Part shown: piece after piece, positions 28,130 to 40,193 of the stretch
How positions within the stretch are numbered: position 1 is the stretch's first letter
Layout of the letters: every line of letters starts with the position of its first letter
Assembly: GCA_951804945.1 (NCBI GenBank)
Contig: OX638159.1
Location: 34,534,001 to 34,598,000 of the forward strand
Direction: 5' to 3'
Source of the DNA: Podarcis cretensis
Lineage: Eukaryota
Length of the DNA: 64,000 nt
The notes under the pieces: model-generated
Told to the model about the DNA's origin: nothing
Seen by the model: the letters and a program-made list of their open reading frames with translations, nothing else
Database searches by the model: none
Position numbers and translations under genes: made by a program

Positions 28130-28142
28130 CTGGAATGAATAT
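28130..28142 (+). CDS. SSBP2: Visible 3' end of the SSBP2 exon NYGGAMRPP...PGMN-M; the rest is in the gap
   Basis: ct gga atg aat at|gtaagt directly after the gap = (P)GMN-M with a consensus donor; phase 2 joins the next exon's first g to give ATG. Confidence 0.85.
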
Positions 28143-28749
28143 GTAAGTAAAAATAAAAATGCCGCTAAAACATTTCCAAAAAGGGACAATCTTGTTTTAC
28201 ATTAAACCTTATAACATGTAATTAAAAGATCAACCTTTAAAAAATAAACCAGAGTCAAATTGACATCCATCACAAGGCTTATCATGAATGTGTGCTGAAC
28301 TTCTGGTGGCCCCTCTCACAGCAGATATGTCATGTTCTCTACTATGGATAAAACATAGCAGGAGATCTTGACTATATTGAAAGTCAATTGCAGTTCTGCT
28401 TGTAGATTACAACAGAAGAACAATAACTGAAAGCAACTGTATCTTCAGTATGTTTATGCCAATGGTACTACACCCTATTATGGATAAGGAAAGGAAGGCA
28501 TTGGATATGCAGAATGTTAGCGGTGTGGTAAAGATGGGGCAATTGGTGTCTGTCAGTATTACATGTTTCTGGAAGTAAATGGAATTAAAGATGTAAATAG
28601 TTATGCATTTACTTTAGAAGTGTTTGTTATGTTAGTAAGTTAAATATGTCAAATAAAGGAAGCAAGACAGTAACATTGTAATAATATGCTACCTGTCAGA
28701 CATATAGTTACTTGCTCATTAGTTACCAGAAATAGCTTATTCTTCTTTG

Positions 28750-29149
28750 GTGATCACTTGTAGCTAAGTAAGATAGTTTTCCATGAATATGGTCTTAACA
28801 GTGTGTCTGTAAGTGACTGTGGAGGCCAATTCTGGATCCGCACATCCTCTGCACAGCGGAGACATAAGTTTCCGGGTGGGAGTTGATCACAGTGAGGATT
28901 TGCCAAAGGTGCCTTCCTCTTAGCTCGTTTCTCCCTTTTGTCCTGAGTTCCTGCTTCTTCAAAGTCCATTACACCTTGGGTAGAGGCTATTCTCCAATTG
29001 GAGCACTTGCAGGCCAGTGTTTCCCAGTTGTCAGTGTTTTTACTACATTTTTTAAAGATTTGTCTTGAGAGTGTCTTTAACCTGTTTTGTTGTCCACCGG
29101 CATTACGCTTTCTATTAAGTTGGCAATAGAGTAGTTGCTTTGGACGATA
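28750..29149 (-). mobile_element. RTE LINE 3' part
   Basis: RPKQLLY...GGQQNR...DNWETLA..SNWR; continues the RTE piece at 30712-30995. Confidence 0.8.
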
Positions 29150-29544
29150 ATTCACTGATCAACAACAAATTTGTTGCCTGCGTTTTTTCAGTTGATTTAG
29201 GACGAATCTGATGTGCTGAATCCAAAAATCACATTGGTTTTGCTCAGTCAGGTCAAGTTTTTGAGCTATGGCCACATGTCGTTTTTTTACGTTTTTGTTC
29301 ACATGTACGCTTGTGTGAAGCGTTTTAGAAGAAGTTGGTGGGGGTAAAATGCCATGTTGAATAATTGTTTTGATTGGAAATGATTATTTTAATGACAAGA
29401 AGTATTCAGGTCCGATAGTTCTGGGTGATTATGTCGAAAAGGGATCAGTTTGAAGTCATAAAACCTTGAAATCTTCCATAAATAGGTGTGGCAAAGCATA
29501 AAGTTGGGGGATCAAAACTAAGATAATGGGGCTTGGAGTGCCAC

Positions 29545-30454
29545 AGTATGAACCCAAAGATTGGAGACTGTTCATTGACAGCAGCAAGTGATCACTGAAA
29601 TGTGTTCTGCTACACAACGGCAACCAGTTTGCCTCTATACCCCTGGCTCACTCGAGTACACTGAAGGAGAAATATGAAGCGGTGAAGTATGTGCTGGAGA
29701 AAATTGGTTATGATCAGCATAAGTGGTTTATTTGTGTTGACCTAAAGATGGTGAACGTTTTGTTGGGACAACAGTCTGGCTTCACCAAGTACCCATGTTT
29801 TCTGTGCATGTGGGATAGTAGGGACCGTGCTCAGCATTACACGAAGAAGGACTGGCCTGTGCGGGAGGAATTGGTGCCTTGCAAAGAAAGGAACGTCATC
29901 AACGACCCTCTGGTGGACAGAGACAGAATAGTCTTCCCACCGCTGCACATCAAGCTTGGCTTAATCAAGCAGTTCACCAAGGCTCTGGACAAGGATGGTG
30001 ACTGCTTCACTTACTTGTGCCAGTTGGCATCTTTGATGGTCCTCAGATCCTTCAGTTCATCAGAGATCCAGAGTTTGGAAACTCAATGAACGAAGTGTAA
30101 CTGGAAGCGTGGAAGGCATTTGTTCTGGTAGTGAAGAACTTTCTTGGCAACAATAAGGCCAGAAACTACGCAGAACTTGTCAGCAACATGCTGACTGCTT
30201 TCAGAAACCTGGGGTGCAACATGAGCGTCAAGATGCACTACCTATTTTCACATATGGACCGGTTTCCTGAGAACCTGGGTTCAATGAGTGACGAGCAGGG
30301 GGAGAGATTCCATCAGGACATGAGAGAGATGGAGACCAGGTATCAGGGTCGCTGGGACGCAGTCATGATGGCTGACTACTGTTGGACTCTGAAGAGAGAC
30401 CTCCCTGCCGCTGAGCATTCCAGGAGTTCCAAGAAACGGAAGTTCAAGCCCTGA
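29545..30454 (+). pseudogene. Chapaev3-like transposase pseudogene (C-terminal half)
   Basis: WRLFIDSSK*SLKCVLLHNGN, ICVDLKMV..LLGQQSGFTKYPCFLC.WDSR, PPLHIKLGL, GIFDGPQI, KMHYLFSH, SDEQGERFHQD, MMADYCW; stop at 29589, frameshifting deletion near 30022, second stop near 30098. Confidence 0.85.
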
Positions 30455-30587
30455 AGTTTGAAAAATGGTGAAGCAACATGCAATTTACGTGTACTTACCT
30501 TTATCAATGCCCACCATTCAGTTTACAGTAAACCTGACCTGATGGAGAGAAACGGATGCCATTTCCTGATTCAGCAGTGCAAAAATA

Positions 30588-30704
30588 CCGTATTTTTTGC
30601 ACCATAACACTCACTTTTTTCCTCCTAGAAAGTAAGGGGAAATGTCTGTGCGTGTTATGGAGGAAATGACTACGGGTGGCATGCCTACAGATTTTCCTCC
30701 TCTA
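30588..30704. mobile_element. Truncated Tc1/mariner MITE of the same family as 38112-40539
   Basis: ta|ccgtatttttt...ggggaaatgtctgtgcgtgttat matches the reverse complement of 40460-40539. Confidence 0.75.
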
Positions 30705-30711
30705 CCCAGTG

Positions 30712-30995
30712 ATCAGGCATCCCAAACAACATGACCAGTCCAGTAAGTTGATGCTGACGAATCATTGCTTCGACACTAGTGATCTTTGCTTCTTCCAGTA
30801 CACTGACATTAGTTTGCCTGTCTTCCCAAGTGATATATAATTTTTTTTGGAGACACCGTTGTTGGAATCTTTTGGGGAGTTGGAGATGGCATTTATAAGT
30901 GGTCCATGTTTCACAAACATACAGTAAAGTTGGTGCGTAGTACAATAGCTTTGTAAACAAGCATTTTGGTTTCCCTGTGAATGTCCTGGTCCTCA
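30712..30995 (-). mobile_element. RTE LINE, upstream part
   Basis: PTLLYVCETWT...RFQQRCL...ITWEDRQTNVSVLEEAKITSVEAMI...MPD. Confidence 0.8.
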
Positions 30996-31375
30996 AACAC
31001 TCTGCACTTCCATTGGGAGAAAGCTGAAGGACTTCCAACAACACAGGAGTGGCAAAGGATGCAAAAGCAAGTGGTGGATGGTATTATATTAGGTTGTTTT
31101 AGAATCCTCTAACTGTCCGGAAACTGTAGCATTAAATTTCCTCCCCCCCTCCCCCCCCTAAAATATTCTTTGTCTATCTTTCAATTAGATGGTGTAAGGT
31201 TGTGTCTATATTATATTTCTGGGGAAGTCTTTATTAGACTAGAGGATGCTACTGGCCTCTATATTAAGAGCAGGATCCAACACTGCACAAAAAGACTTCC
31301 ACTCTCAGAATTGTATTTCACCTTCCTCTTACCTCTCCTGCAGCTCAAATTATCTTGTGAACTTTTATATTTTAG

Positions 31376-31424
31376 GGGTCCGGGAGGTGGTAGACCTTGG
31401 CCAAACCCTACAAATGCCAATTCT
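31376..31424 (+). CDS. SSBP2: SSBP2 coding exon (M-GPGGGRPWPNPTNANS)
   Basis: tttttag-like acceptor (attttag), gtaagt donor, 49 nt, phase 2/0. Confidence 0.96.
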
Positions 31425-32243
31425 GTAAGTATATATCAAAATGTACTGGAATTTGTAATCCTGTTTTATGCCTTTTGAAAAAAGCAAAAAGCAAAACTTA
31501 CTGTTAAGTTGTTCATAACTTTATCAACATACCTTCTGGCTCAGGAATACTATCTATCAAGATCATTCTGCTCCCTCAAGATACACATCCAAGGACCTTT
31601 TCATAAGCTGAATTCAGTACCTGTTGTAGGTCTATTTTCATCTTCCTTGCATTTAGCTTTTCTATTTCTGTTTCAGGTGGCTTTTGGTGACAAGGCAGTT
31701 GGATTACCTTTTTACCCATTCCTTATAATCTTATGACTATCACTACTTTAAAAATAGCCTGTTGTGCTGCTGTGTTAAGTTTATTATGTTTTGATATCTT
31801 AATTGTTTGGTGGTGGTTTTTTATTTTGTTAGCTGCCTTTGTTTGTTTTTTATAGAAAGGTGATATAAAATAAGTTGCTACTCCTCATAGTATGAACTCA
31901 GCTGTTTTGTTTAACAAAGATTCTTCCATTCTTAATTCTGCTGATTTATACAGAACATTTAAAACCACAAAATGCTTTCTGACAACAATTGCTGCATGTT
32001 CATATTCAGCTTTACTTAATACGATTTAAATAGTGGAAATGGCAGTAGTAAGGTGGCATTTATTTATTTATTTATAGGGCATTTATATATAACTTGATCA
32101 CTGGTATTTTTTAGTAGTGATTTGCTGACTTGTTCAAAATAAAAATAGAAACTTTTTAAATTTCAAAATGAAGCATTTTTAAAATTAAAAGAATTATATC
32201 TCAAAGGGAATAAAACTCAGTTTTCTTTTCTTTTCTTTTTCAG

Positions 32244-32279
32244 ATACCATACTCTTCTGCGTCACCTGGGAATTATGTA
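32244..32279 (+). CDS. SSBP2: SSBP2 coding exon (IPYSSASPGNYV)
   Basis: Long polypyrimidine tract + cag, gtgagt donor, 36 nt. Confidence 0.95.
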
Positions 32280-33471
32280 GTGAGTATGCTAGTGTGTGTC
32301 CGCTTATATATGTGCAGTCATTAGCATAAATGCTATGTTTCATTTGGGTTAAGAAATGGTTGTCCAGATGTTGAGGAAAACCCATGTGTATTGGTTGAGA
32401 AGTGAACAGCTGATCTGTTTTGTATCATTGCGTCTGCTATATATTTGTAGTACATATGTTGATGTTCATTAGTAAAACAGTTAACAGTCTTGCCAAAATT
32501 GCCCTGAATGCTGGGTTTTACTTCAGCATATGTTCTCTAACTGGTACAATGCATAGTCTTCAATAATGAAAAAGTAAAAGCAGCTGTTTTGAGGAACACA
32601 ATTATGAGCTTGAATTTAAGAAATTTCATTTGTATTGAAGGGTCTAAAAAGTATCTAACAGTATAGTCACAAATAAAATTTTGTGAAATATAAGAACATG
32701 TTTCACACTTTTTCCGTTCTGTTTTGACTTATTCTATTTTCTTCACTTAAACTGAGTGGGACTTGAAAACCTGATCTTAAGTGGCAGAATCACCATTGTA
32801 ATCATCCGAATAATTGGTTTAGGGAATGTAGCTAGATTTTTTATCTAAAACTTTTGTTATTAAATATTTACAACCAGTGATTTTAGAGGATTATTAGAAC
32901 CATGTCGTAACGATACACAAAGCAGATAGCCATACTGGCACAGATTGAATAGCGTGACTTGGTTATACATCTGACATCCACAATTGCCACCAGCCTCATC
33001 CTGCAAAGTAGAATCCAGTAGGGCAGAAAAGGGAGAGAGAAGCCTGGCGTGGCCAGAGAGTTAAAGCTCTGTACCCAGCCCAGTACTCTACATATTTCCC
33101 CTTGCGTGGTCATCAAGTCAATCATTTGAACAGGAAGGGGACCAGATGAAGGGGTATGGGTGTGTGAAAGAGAGGTGTGACCATGCCCACCACTGGGATC
33201 ACACACCCCCCCCCCGGATGTGGAATTTGCATTAAAAGAAGTTAGCCACCCCTGGTCTAGATAACTGGAGGTAGCAAAAGTGTCAAAATCACAACCTGCT
33301 GTGAAACCTTAATATGCTTGTGTGGAAAAAACGTGGTTATCAAGCTTGTCAAATTTACTAGAATATTCAGGTGTGCTCTATATAGAGTGTACAAATTTGA
33401 ACCTGAATTCACAGTTACAAAGTGGTGACAATTTTGACATGTGAGAGAAATTAGCAATTAAGATGTAAGTA

Positions 33472-33726
33472 CAGTCATACCTCGGGTTACAGACGCTTCA
33501 GCTTGTGCGTTTTCGGGTTGCACACCGTGCCGAACCCGGAAGTACTGGAACAGGTTACTTCCGGGTTTTGGTGCTCGCGCATGGGCAGAAGCACTAAATC
33601 GCGCTTTCCGCAGAAGCACCGAATCGTGGCATGCACGTGAGCAGACGCGGTGCTGCAGGTTGCGAATGCTGCGGGTTGCGACTGTGCCTCCTGCACGGAT
33701 CACGTTCGCAACCCGAGCGTCCACTG
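33472..33726. mobile_element. Tc1/mariner MITE
   Basis: Imperfect TIRs cagtcatacctcgggtt / aacccgagcgtccactg, TA TSD, CpG-rich. Confidence 0.82.
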
Positions 33727-34304
33727 TAAGTCTGTCTTACTGTCCCCCCCCCAGTAGTCAGTAGTGTAATTTGATCCCCAGATGGAATCTGATAAGGAAG
33801 GATCCAAATTTCTTGGCTGACCTTGCTAGCTAAGCCAAAACCAAATATTATGGTTGTCTTCTTATCCCCTTTGCTTGCTGTTTTAGCTGCCATGTGGCTA
33901 ATGCACTTGGGATCCTTAACTGATTGGCATAAGGAAGGCACAGAACTTACATGCCTGACACACACCTTCCCCTCCCAGCTTGGTTAAAGTGCCCTTGGTG
34001 CTTCTACCAGTCATGGTTCAAGTAAGCTCAGCTGCTACTTTAAAAACAATATAGACATATATTTGCACATAACTGGGGAGTTCCATGTGTATGTAGAAAT
34101 TGCTCTCTTATTTTTGGATAGCCTTCTTTTACTTCCAAATTGATAAGCGCTCAACAATCTGAGTGAATGAATGATGAAATAAAATATGTCAATTCTGTCA
34201 CATGCAGAAACCCTTCAAAAGCATATTGTTTACTTCAGTCTCTTCAGTGATCCTGACTGCTCTTTTGTTTGTTTATTAATTAAATGGTTTGGTTTGGTTT
34301 TTAG

Positions 34305-34359
34305 GGTCCACCAGGAGGCGGGGGGCCACCGGGAACACCCATCATGCCTAGTCCAGCAG
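34305..34359 (+). CDS. SSBP2: SSBP2 coding exon (GPPGGGGPPGTPIMPSPA-g)
   Basis: tttttag acceptor, gtatcc donor, 55 nt, phase 0/1. Confidence 0.96.
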
Positions 34360-34610
34360 GTATCCCAATTTTAACCAGAAAATGTCAAAGCAATGCAAAA
34401 TATTTTTTTTAATGTTTTTTGTTTTTTTTTAAATACTGGAAATGCATGATTTAGGCAACAAATAATTAAAAAGCTTACACAGGTAAGAGAAATGTATGTA
34501 ATTTTGCTTAACGTTTCAGCAATCACTTTAGGATTCTGAACCACTTCCATCTTCCTATACATGGATGCAACTTATAATTTTATTAATTATGGAAGACTAA
34601 CACAGCTTTA

Positions 34611-34959
34611 GGGTGGCGCGGTGGGTAAAACCTCAGCGCCTAGGACTTGCCGATCGCATGGTCGGCAGTTCGAATCCCCGTGGCGGGGTGTGGTCCCGTC
34701 GTTAGGTCCTAGTGCCTGCCAACCTAGCAGTTCAAAAGCACCTTCAGGTGCAAGTAGATAAATAGGGACCGCTTACCAGCGGGAATGTAAATGGCGTTCC
34801 GTGTGCTGCACTGGCTCGCCAGATGCAGCTTGTCATGCTGGCCACGTGACCCGGAGGTGTCTGCGGACAGTGCTGGCTCCCGGGCTATAGAGTGAGATGA
34901 GCGCACAACCCTAGAGTCTGGCAAGACTGGCCCGTACGGGCAGGGGTACCTTTACCTTT
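34611..34959 (+). mobile_element. Sauria SINE, near full length
   Basis: Same subfamily as 2686-2981 (ggcccgtacgggcaggggtacctttaccttt tail); exact TSD aacacagcttta. Confidence 0.92.
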
Positions 34960-35635
34960 AACACAGCTTTATGAATCATTCTTTCAAACCTGAATACGTC
35001 CCTTTGGTAGAGCATCCACAGCAGGCAGAAATTACCAAGAAGGCAAGAACTGTTTGCCTTTGGCCCAGTGCCAAATTGTGTCTGGATGCTTGTTAAATCA
35101 TAGCTGGTTCTCCTCTGTACCTCTTCAGTTCTTCCATTTTGAAAGGCCAGACTTCTCATTGTCATTGCGTCTTGCACAAGCATTGGGGAAGTGCCTTCTC
35201 ACGAACCATTAATGGAGCAAGCAAAGCAGATTGGATATTGGTGTCCTTCAGTTTGAATACTAATGGATTCTCATCTGGGTTCAGTTATTTTCCATGTTAA
35301 AAGAAGGAAACTGCTGCTGGTCCATACCTATGCTATATTTGCTCCTGTTTTCCTTTTAACATCTGCAACAAATCCCTTATCAAGCATTTGCTCACAGTCT
35401 AGCCGAATGCTGCTTATAAGCAAAATACATTACAGTTGATGTTAACAATAATGTGTACTGTACGTCCAATTTGAGAGCAGTTCTGAAATGTGTTCTTCCG
35501 TGTTCTTCCGTGGCACTGTAAGCATGCCTTGAATTCCTTGAATTCCGTGGCACTGTAAGCATGCCTTGAATTATTGTGTTCACTGGCTGTTTTCCATTGA
35601 AGATGTGTGACCCCCTACATATATTTTTGTTTCAG

Positions 35636-35706
35636 ATTCAACCAACTCTGGAGACAATATGTACACTTTAATGAATGCAGTTCCTCCTGGACCCAACAGA
35701 CCTAAT
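35636..35706 (+). CDS. SSBP2: SSBP2 coding exon ([24 protein letters not shown])
   Basis: tttcag acceptor, gtaaat donor, 71 nt; residues fit SSBP2 better than SSBP3. Confidence 0.96.
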
Positions 35707-36144
35707 GTAAATATTAGAAATGCAAACACATATTTAAATTGTGCAGCTTAAACACTAGTGTATGAAACATTATTCCTGTATGTCTTATCTCCCTTTATGT
35801 GAAAGAACATGACTTATATACATGCCAACATTGCTCCACTAAATTTTCATTAATATAGAAATGTTTGTAGTGGCTGCTCCAAGGCTATACTCTGATGTAA
35901 CAATGTTAATATAAATATTGCTTATGTGAGTATCTCTAGTGGTTTAGGTAATTTCCTAGCTCTTTTTCTAGCTATTTCTGGAGATAATTATTTTTACTGT
36001 TTAAATACAAGATTGACAGAAATAGAAACAAGATTGTTATTCATATTCCAGTTTTAACCATGCAGTTTATTCTTTACCATAGATTTATTAAGTGGTGAAA
36101 GTTACTTAATAGCATGTAGTATGATGTATTTTAACTTTCTGCAG

Positions 36145-36223
36145 TTTCCAATGGGACCAGGGTCTGACGGCCCTATGGGTGGATTGGGTGGAATGGATTC
36201 ACATCATATGAATGGATCATTAG
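36145..36223 (+). CDS. SSBP2: SSBP2 coding exon ([26 protein letters not shown]-g)
   Basis: ttctgcag acceptor, gtaaga donor, 79 nt. Confidence 0.96.
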
Positions 36224-37981
36224 GTAAGAGTAGTACACCTTGACTTCTTAACTCTGTGCTGAGTTCATTTCAGAATGTCTTGTTTTGAATTACTTCCATT
36301 ACGTTTTCAAAATTTTCTTTGCAGCCAGGGAAGTTGATTTCTGAATGGCAATTCTCAGGTTTCTAGCAAAAAACAAACAAACCCTGACATACAAAATATA
36401 TATTGTCTACTTGAGATTCCTATCGTGCTTTATAAATTAAGTTGCATGTGTTTTAGAAGTTAAAATAATACTGCACAGGTGGAAAGCCCCAACATGCTAT
36501 GATTCTAGAGTAAGTTTTCATGATAACATGCCAGGAAATTTAAAAGTCCTGGAAGTTCTCTCCTTAAAGTTAAGGTGAAAATAAAATAAAAAAACAACTG
36601 AGGGTTGAGTTACAAAATCAAAATACTGAAAGAACAAGCAAGGGCAGAGTGGGAAAGTCTGTTTATGCGGAGGGGGAGAGCTTTTGCTCATTTGGCAACT
36701 GGTGGGGTGTTTGACAGGACTGTTTTACTTGGGTTGACCACTTTCTTCCTCATTCATGATAATGCAACCAGTTTCATACAGAGATGTTGCCACAATACAG
36801 CAGACAGACGGTAAACAACTGTGACTTTTGTTCATTTCCCATGAGCAAGGATGTCAAAACAACAACTCCTCTGCTGGTGGTAGCATGCTCTGGGTGTGAA
36901 TTTGCAAAAAATAAAATAAAATAAAATAAATAAATAAGTCAAGTAGAATGCAGAAAAATGGCATACATCTTGTTTCAATTTTCTCAACTTGAGCTGTAGC
37001 AACTTCACAGAAACACAATAGGTTAAAAAAAGAAAAAGCATATATTATTTTGCAGTATATCATAACCTAAAGGAAAAAAGTTAAATATTCAGTAGAAAAA
37101 AATGATTTTTAAAATGTAAAAACATTGGATGATATATTCAGCTAAGCTCTGAGTAGACTGTATGATTTAGATGTTTGTGGAATTACTAACTGGGTACGGG
37201 GACTTGACCTGGAGGTATCCTACAACCTCCTTCCTGCCTTACCTTTCTCTGGTCCCTGGGAATCCACCCACCGAGCTCAAGTTGGTGCAGCTCAAGCATG
37301 TATGTTTAAAGTTCAACAGACTCTTTATTGAGAACACATACACTGTCTCACACAGACTTCACACAACTATATAAAGAGAAGACCAACAAAAGGTTTCTTA
37401 TATATACTTCTAATTACACAGTCTACTACTAGAAGTGGTCTCCCAGGGGATAATCCAACACAGAAATAATCCAACAGAGCAAAGCTCCAAAATAATTCCA
37501 AAAAGTAGTCTACTGGTCAAGGTCAAAAGATCCACCTGCCCTTTATATGCAGTTGTTTGTACTCTAGCACTGGACCTCCTGATAGAATGGTATCTGTAAG
37601 ATTACTTGATAGGCTCCCTAAGCTCCCCCTTTTGCTTTAACGATGACCTTAGCTGAAACTCCTGGTGTCTGGGTCCTGTACCATTTTTCCAATTCACACT
37701 CTAGCCAAGCTGAAATCTTGCCATATTTCCTGATATGATACACCTAGCTTCTTACTATGAGATAGCAAACACCCACACCTCCCATTTCAACCTTTATGTG
37801 CCCAAGCCATCGCTGATATGGATTTTATGCCTAAACTTGCAGCGTCATGCTATTGATAGTGATTTATTGGACCCATTGAAATTAAAAGGCTTGTAGTTGT
37901 GGCAAAATTTAAGGTATTCACGTTTGGAAAAGACTCAGTGATGAAATCCACAACTAAACTGAATCTTCATTTTAATTTTAG

Positions 37982-38010
37982 GCTCAGGAGACATGGACAG
38001 TATCTCCAAA
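37982..38010 (+). CDS. SSBP2: SSBP2 coding exon (G-SGDMDSISK)
   Basis: ttttag acceptor, gtaagt donor, 29 nt. Confidence 0.94.
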
Positions 38011-38195
38011 GTAAGTATATATTTGATGTTTGGCACTGTTTTTCTCTAAGCAGATTTATTACAGTGGTTAAACACTTAAAAACAAAAGAACACCTTGTTT
38101 AAAATGAAGTACCGTATTTTTCGCTCTATAACACGCACCTGACCATAACACGCACATCGTTTTTAGAGGAGGAAAACAAGGGAAAAAACATTCTG

Positions 38196-39383
38196 TTGTT
38201 TTGTTTTTTTAATAATTTTTTATTAAAGTTTCAACAAATTTTATAGTAACACAAAAAGCAAAACATCACAACAACAATACAAACAAACAATACAAAACAA
38301 AAATCAAACAAAATTAAAAGGTTCAATTCTTGGTTTCATGTAGCTTTCTTTCCGGACTTCCTCACATCTCCCTTTTCTGTTTTCAAATTTCCAATTTAGT
38401 TTCAGCAGATTTTTCCCCTATTTTAACCAGATTAATATGTCTTAATTTCTTTTAAAGTTAACCATTCCTGCTGCTAACCCATCTTTTTATCTTCCATCCT
38501 TAGGTTAACTAAACTGTGATTCTCTTATTGGTTACTAATGAAACATCTTTGCACATTCCTTCAGCTTTGTCACTAATGCCACATTGTCTCAATATCCTGC
38601 ATCATATTAACATTCATACAGTTTACAATGTTTTTGCAGATAATCTTTGAATTTCTTCCATTCTTCTTCTATTTGTTCTTCTCCTGTATCTCGGATTCTG
38701 CCAGTTATTTCTGCTAGGTCCATATAGTCCATCAATTGCATCTGCCATTCTTCCAGAGTGGGCAAATCTTGTGTCTTCCAATACTTTGCGATGAGTATTC
38801 TTGCTGCTGTTGTTGCGTACATAAAAAAAGTTCTATCCTTCTTTAACACCTTCTGATCGACAATGCCCAGAAGGAAGGCCTCTGGTTTCTTCAAGAAGGT
38901 ATACTTAAATACCTTTTTCAACTCATTATATATCATTTCCCAGAATGCCTTTACCCTTGGGCATGTCCACCAGAGGTGAAAGAATGTTCCCTCAGTTTCC
39001 TTACATTTCCAACATTTATTATCGGGCAAATGGTATATCTTTGCAAGCTTGACTGGTGTCATGTACCACCTATAAATCATTTTCATAATATTTTCTTTCA
39101 AGGCATTACATGCCGTAAATTTCATACCAGTGGTCCATAACCGTTCCCAGTCTGCAAACATAATATTATAACCAATGTCTTGTGCCCACTTAATCATAGC
39201 TGATTTAACCATTTCATCCTGAGTATTCCATTTTAACAGCAAGTTATACATTCTTGACAATGTCTTAGTTTTAGGTTCTAACAATTCCGTTTCTAGTTTC
39301 GATTTTTCCACCTGGAAACCTAGTTTCTTGTCCACGTTAAAAGCCTCTCTAATTTGGTAATAATGTAGCCAATCTCGCACTCT
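38196..39383 (-). mobile_element. 5'-truncated L1-clade LINE (ORF2 C-terminus + 3' UTR)
   Basis: Open frame to the stop at 38607 with the CCHC motif CWKCKETEGTFFHLWWTC; AATAAA and A-rich tail; exact 20-bp TSD acaagggaaaaaacattctg (38176-38195, 39384-39403). Confidence 0.9.
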
Positions 39384-39453
39384 ACAAGGGAAAAAACATT
39401 CTGAATGAAACAGTGGATGTATCATTTTTGTGCTTCATCCTGTGGCCACAGAC

Positions 39454-39995
39454 ATGTGATCTGATGGTGAATTTGGGGTGACCCAATGCAAAAATCCTGA
39501 GAATCCCTGTGGATCCATGCTTTGTAACCACATTTTTGCACCATTGCAGCCCCAGGCAACAGTGGGTGCGTGATTTTTGGGGGGCAGGCTGTAGCCATGG
39601 ACATGCTATGTGCTCTGATGGTGAATTTGGGCTGACCCAATGCAAAGATCCTGAGGATCCATGGGGATCCATGTTTTGTAACCACGTTTTTGCACCATTG
39701 CAGCCCCAGGCAACAGTGGGTGCGTGATTTTTGGGGGGCAGGCTGTAGCCATGGACATGCTATGTGATCTGATGGTGAATTTGGGGTGACCGAATGCAAA
39801 GATCCTGAGGATCCATGTAGATCCATGCTTTTTAACCACGTTTTTGCACCATTGCAGCCCCAGGCAACAGTGGGTGCGTGATTTTGGGGGGGCAGGCTAT
39901 AGCCATGGACATGCTATGTGATCTGATGATGAATTTGGGGTGACTGAATGCAAAGATCCTGAGGATCCATGTAGATCCATGCTTTTTAACCACAT
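39454..39995. repeat. 154-bp tandem repeat, about 3.5 copies
   Basis: Units start at 39454, 39608, 39762 and 39916 with atgtgatctgatggtgaatttgg. Confidence 0.92.
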
Positions 39996-40148
39996 TTTAA
40001 GTGGGGAGGGAAGGAAAAACACAGAACGGACAAGGAGCACGAGAGAGGTGTGCAGAGAAGCAGCTGGCTAAGAATGCAGGAGAGGGGTATAACGGGAGGG
40101 AGGAAAGGAAGGCAAAAGTTTTCCCTCACCTACCCACCCAAGCCAGCC

Positions 40149-40150
<2 letters not shown>

Positions 40151-40188
<38 letters not shown>
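40151..40188. repeat. (CT)n microsatellite
   Basis: Seen directly. Confidence 0.95.

Positions 40189-40193
<5 letters not shown>

Larger units (their letters stand above)
29153..30711 (+). mobile_element. Chapaev3-type (CMC superfamily) DNA transposon, internally deleted
   Basis: CACTG...CAGTG termini, imperfect subterminal inverted repeats (about 29210-29260 vs 30530-30577), transposase remnants; inserted in an RTE. Confidence 0.75.

Noticed and set aside
38607-39425. 272-aa host gene
   Set aside because: It is L1 ORF2 C-terminus; the predicted start lies outside the insertion, beyond the TSD.
39454-39995. CRISPR-like array
   Set aside because: Units are contiguous near-identical 154-mers with no unique spacers, inside a eukaryotic transposon.
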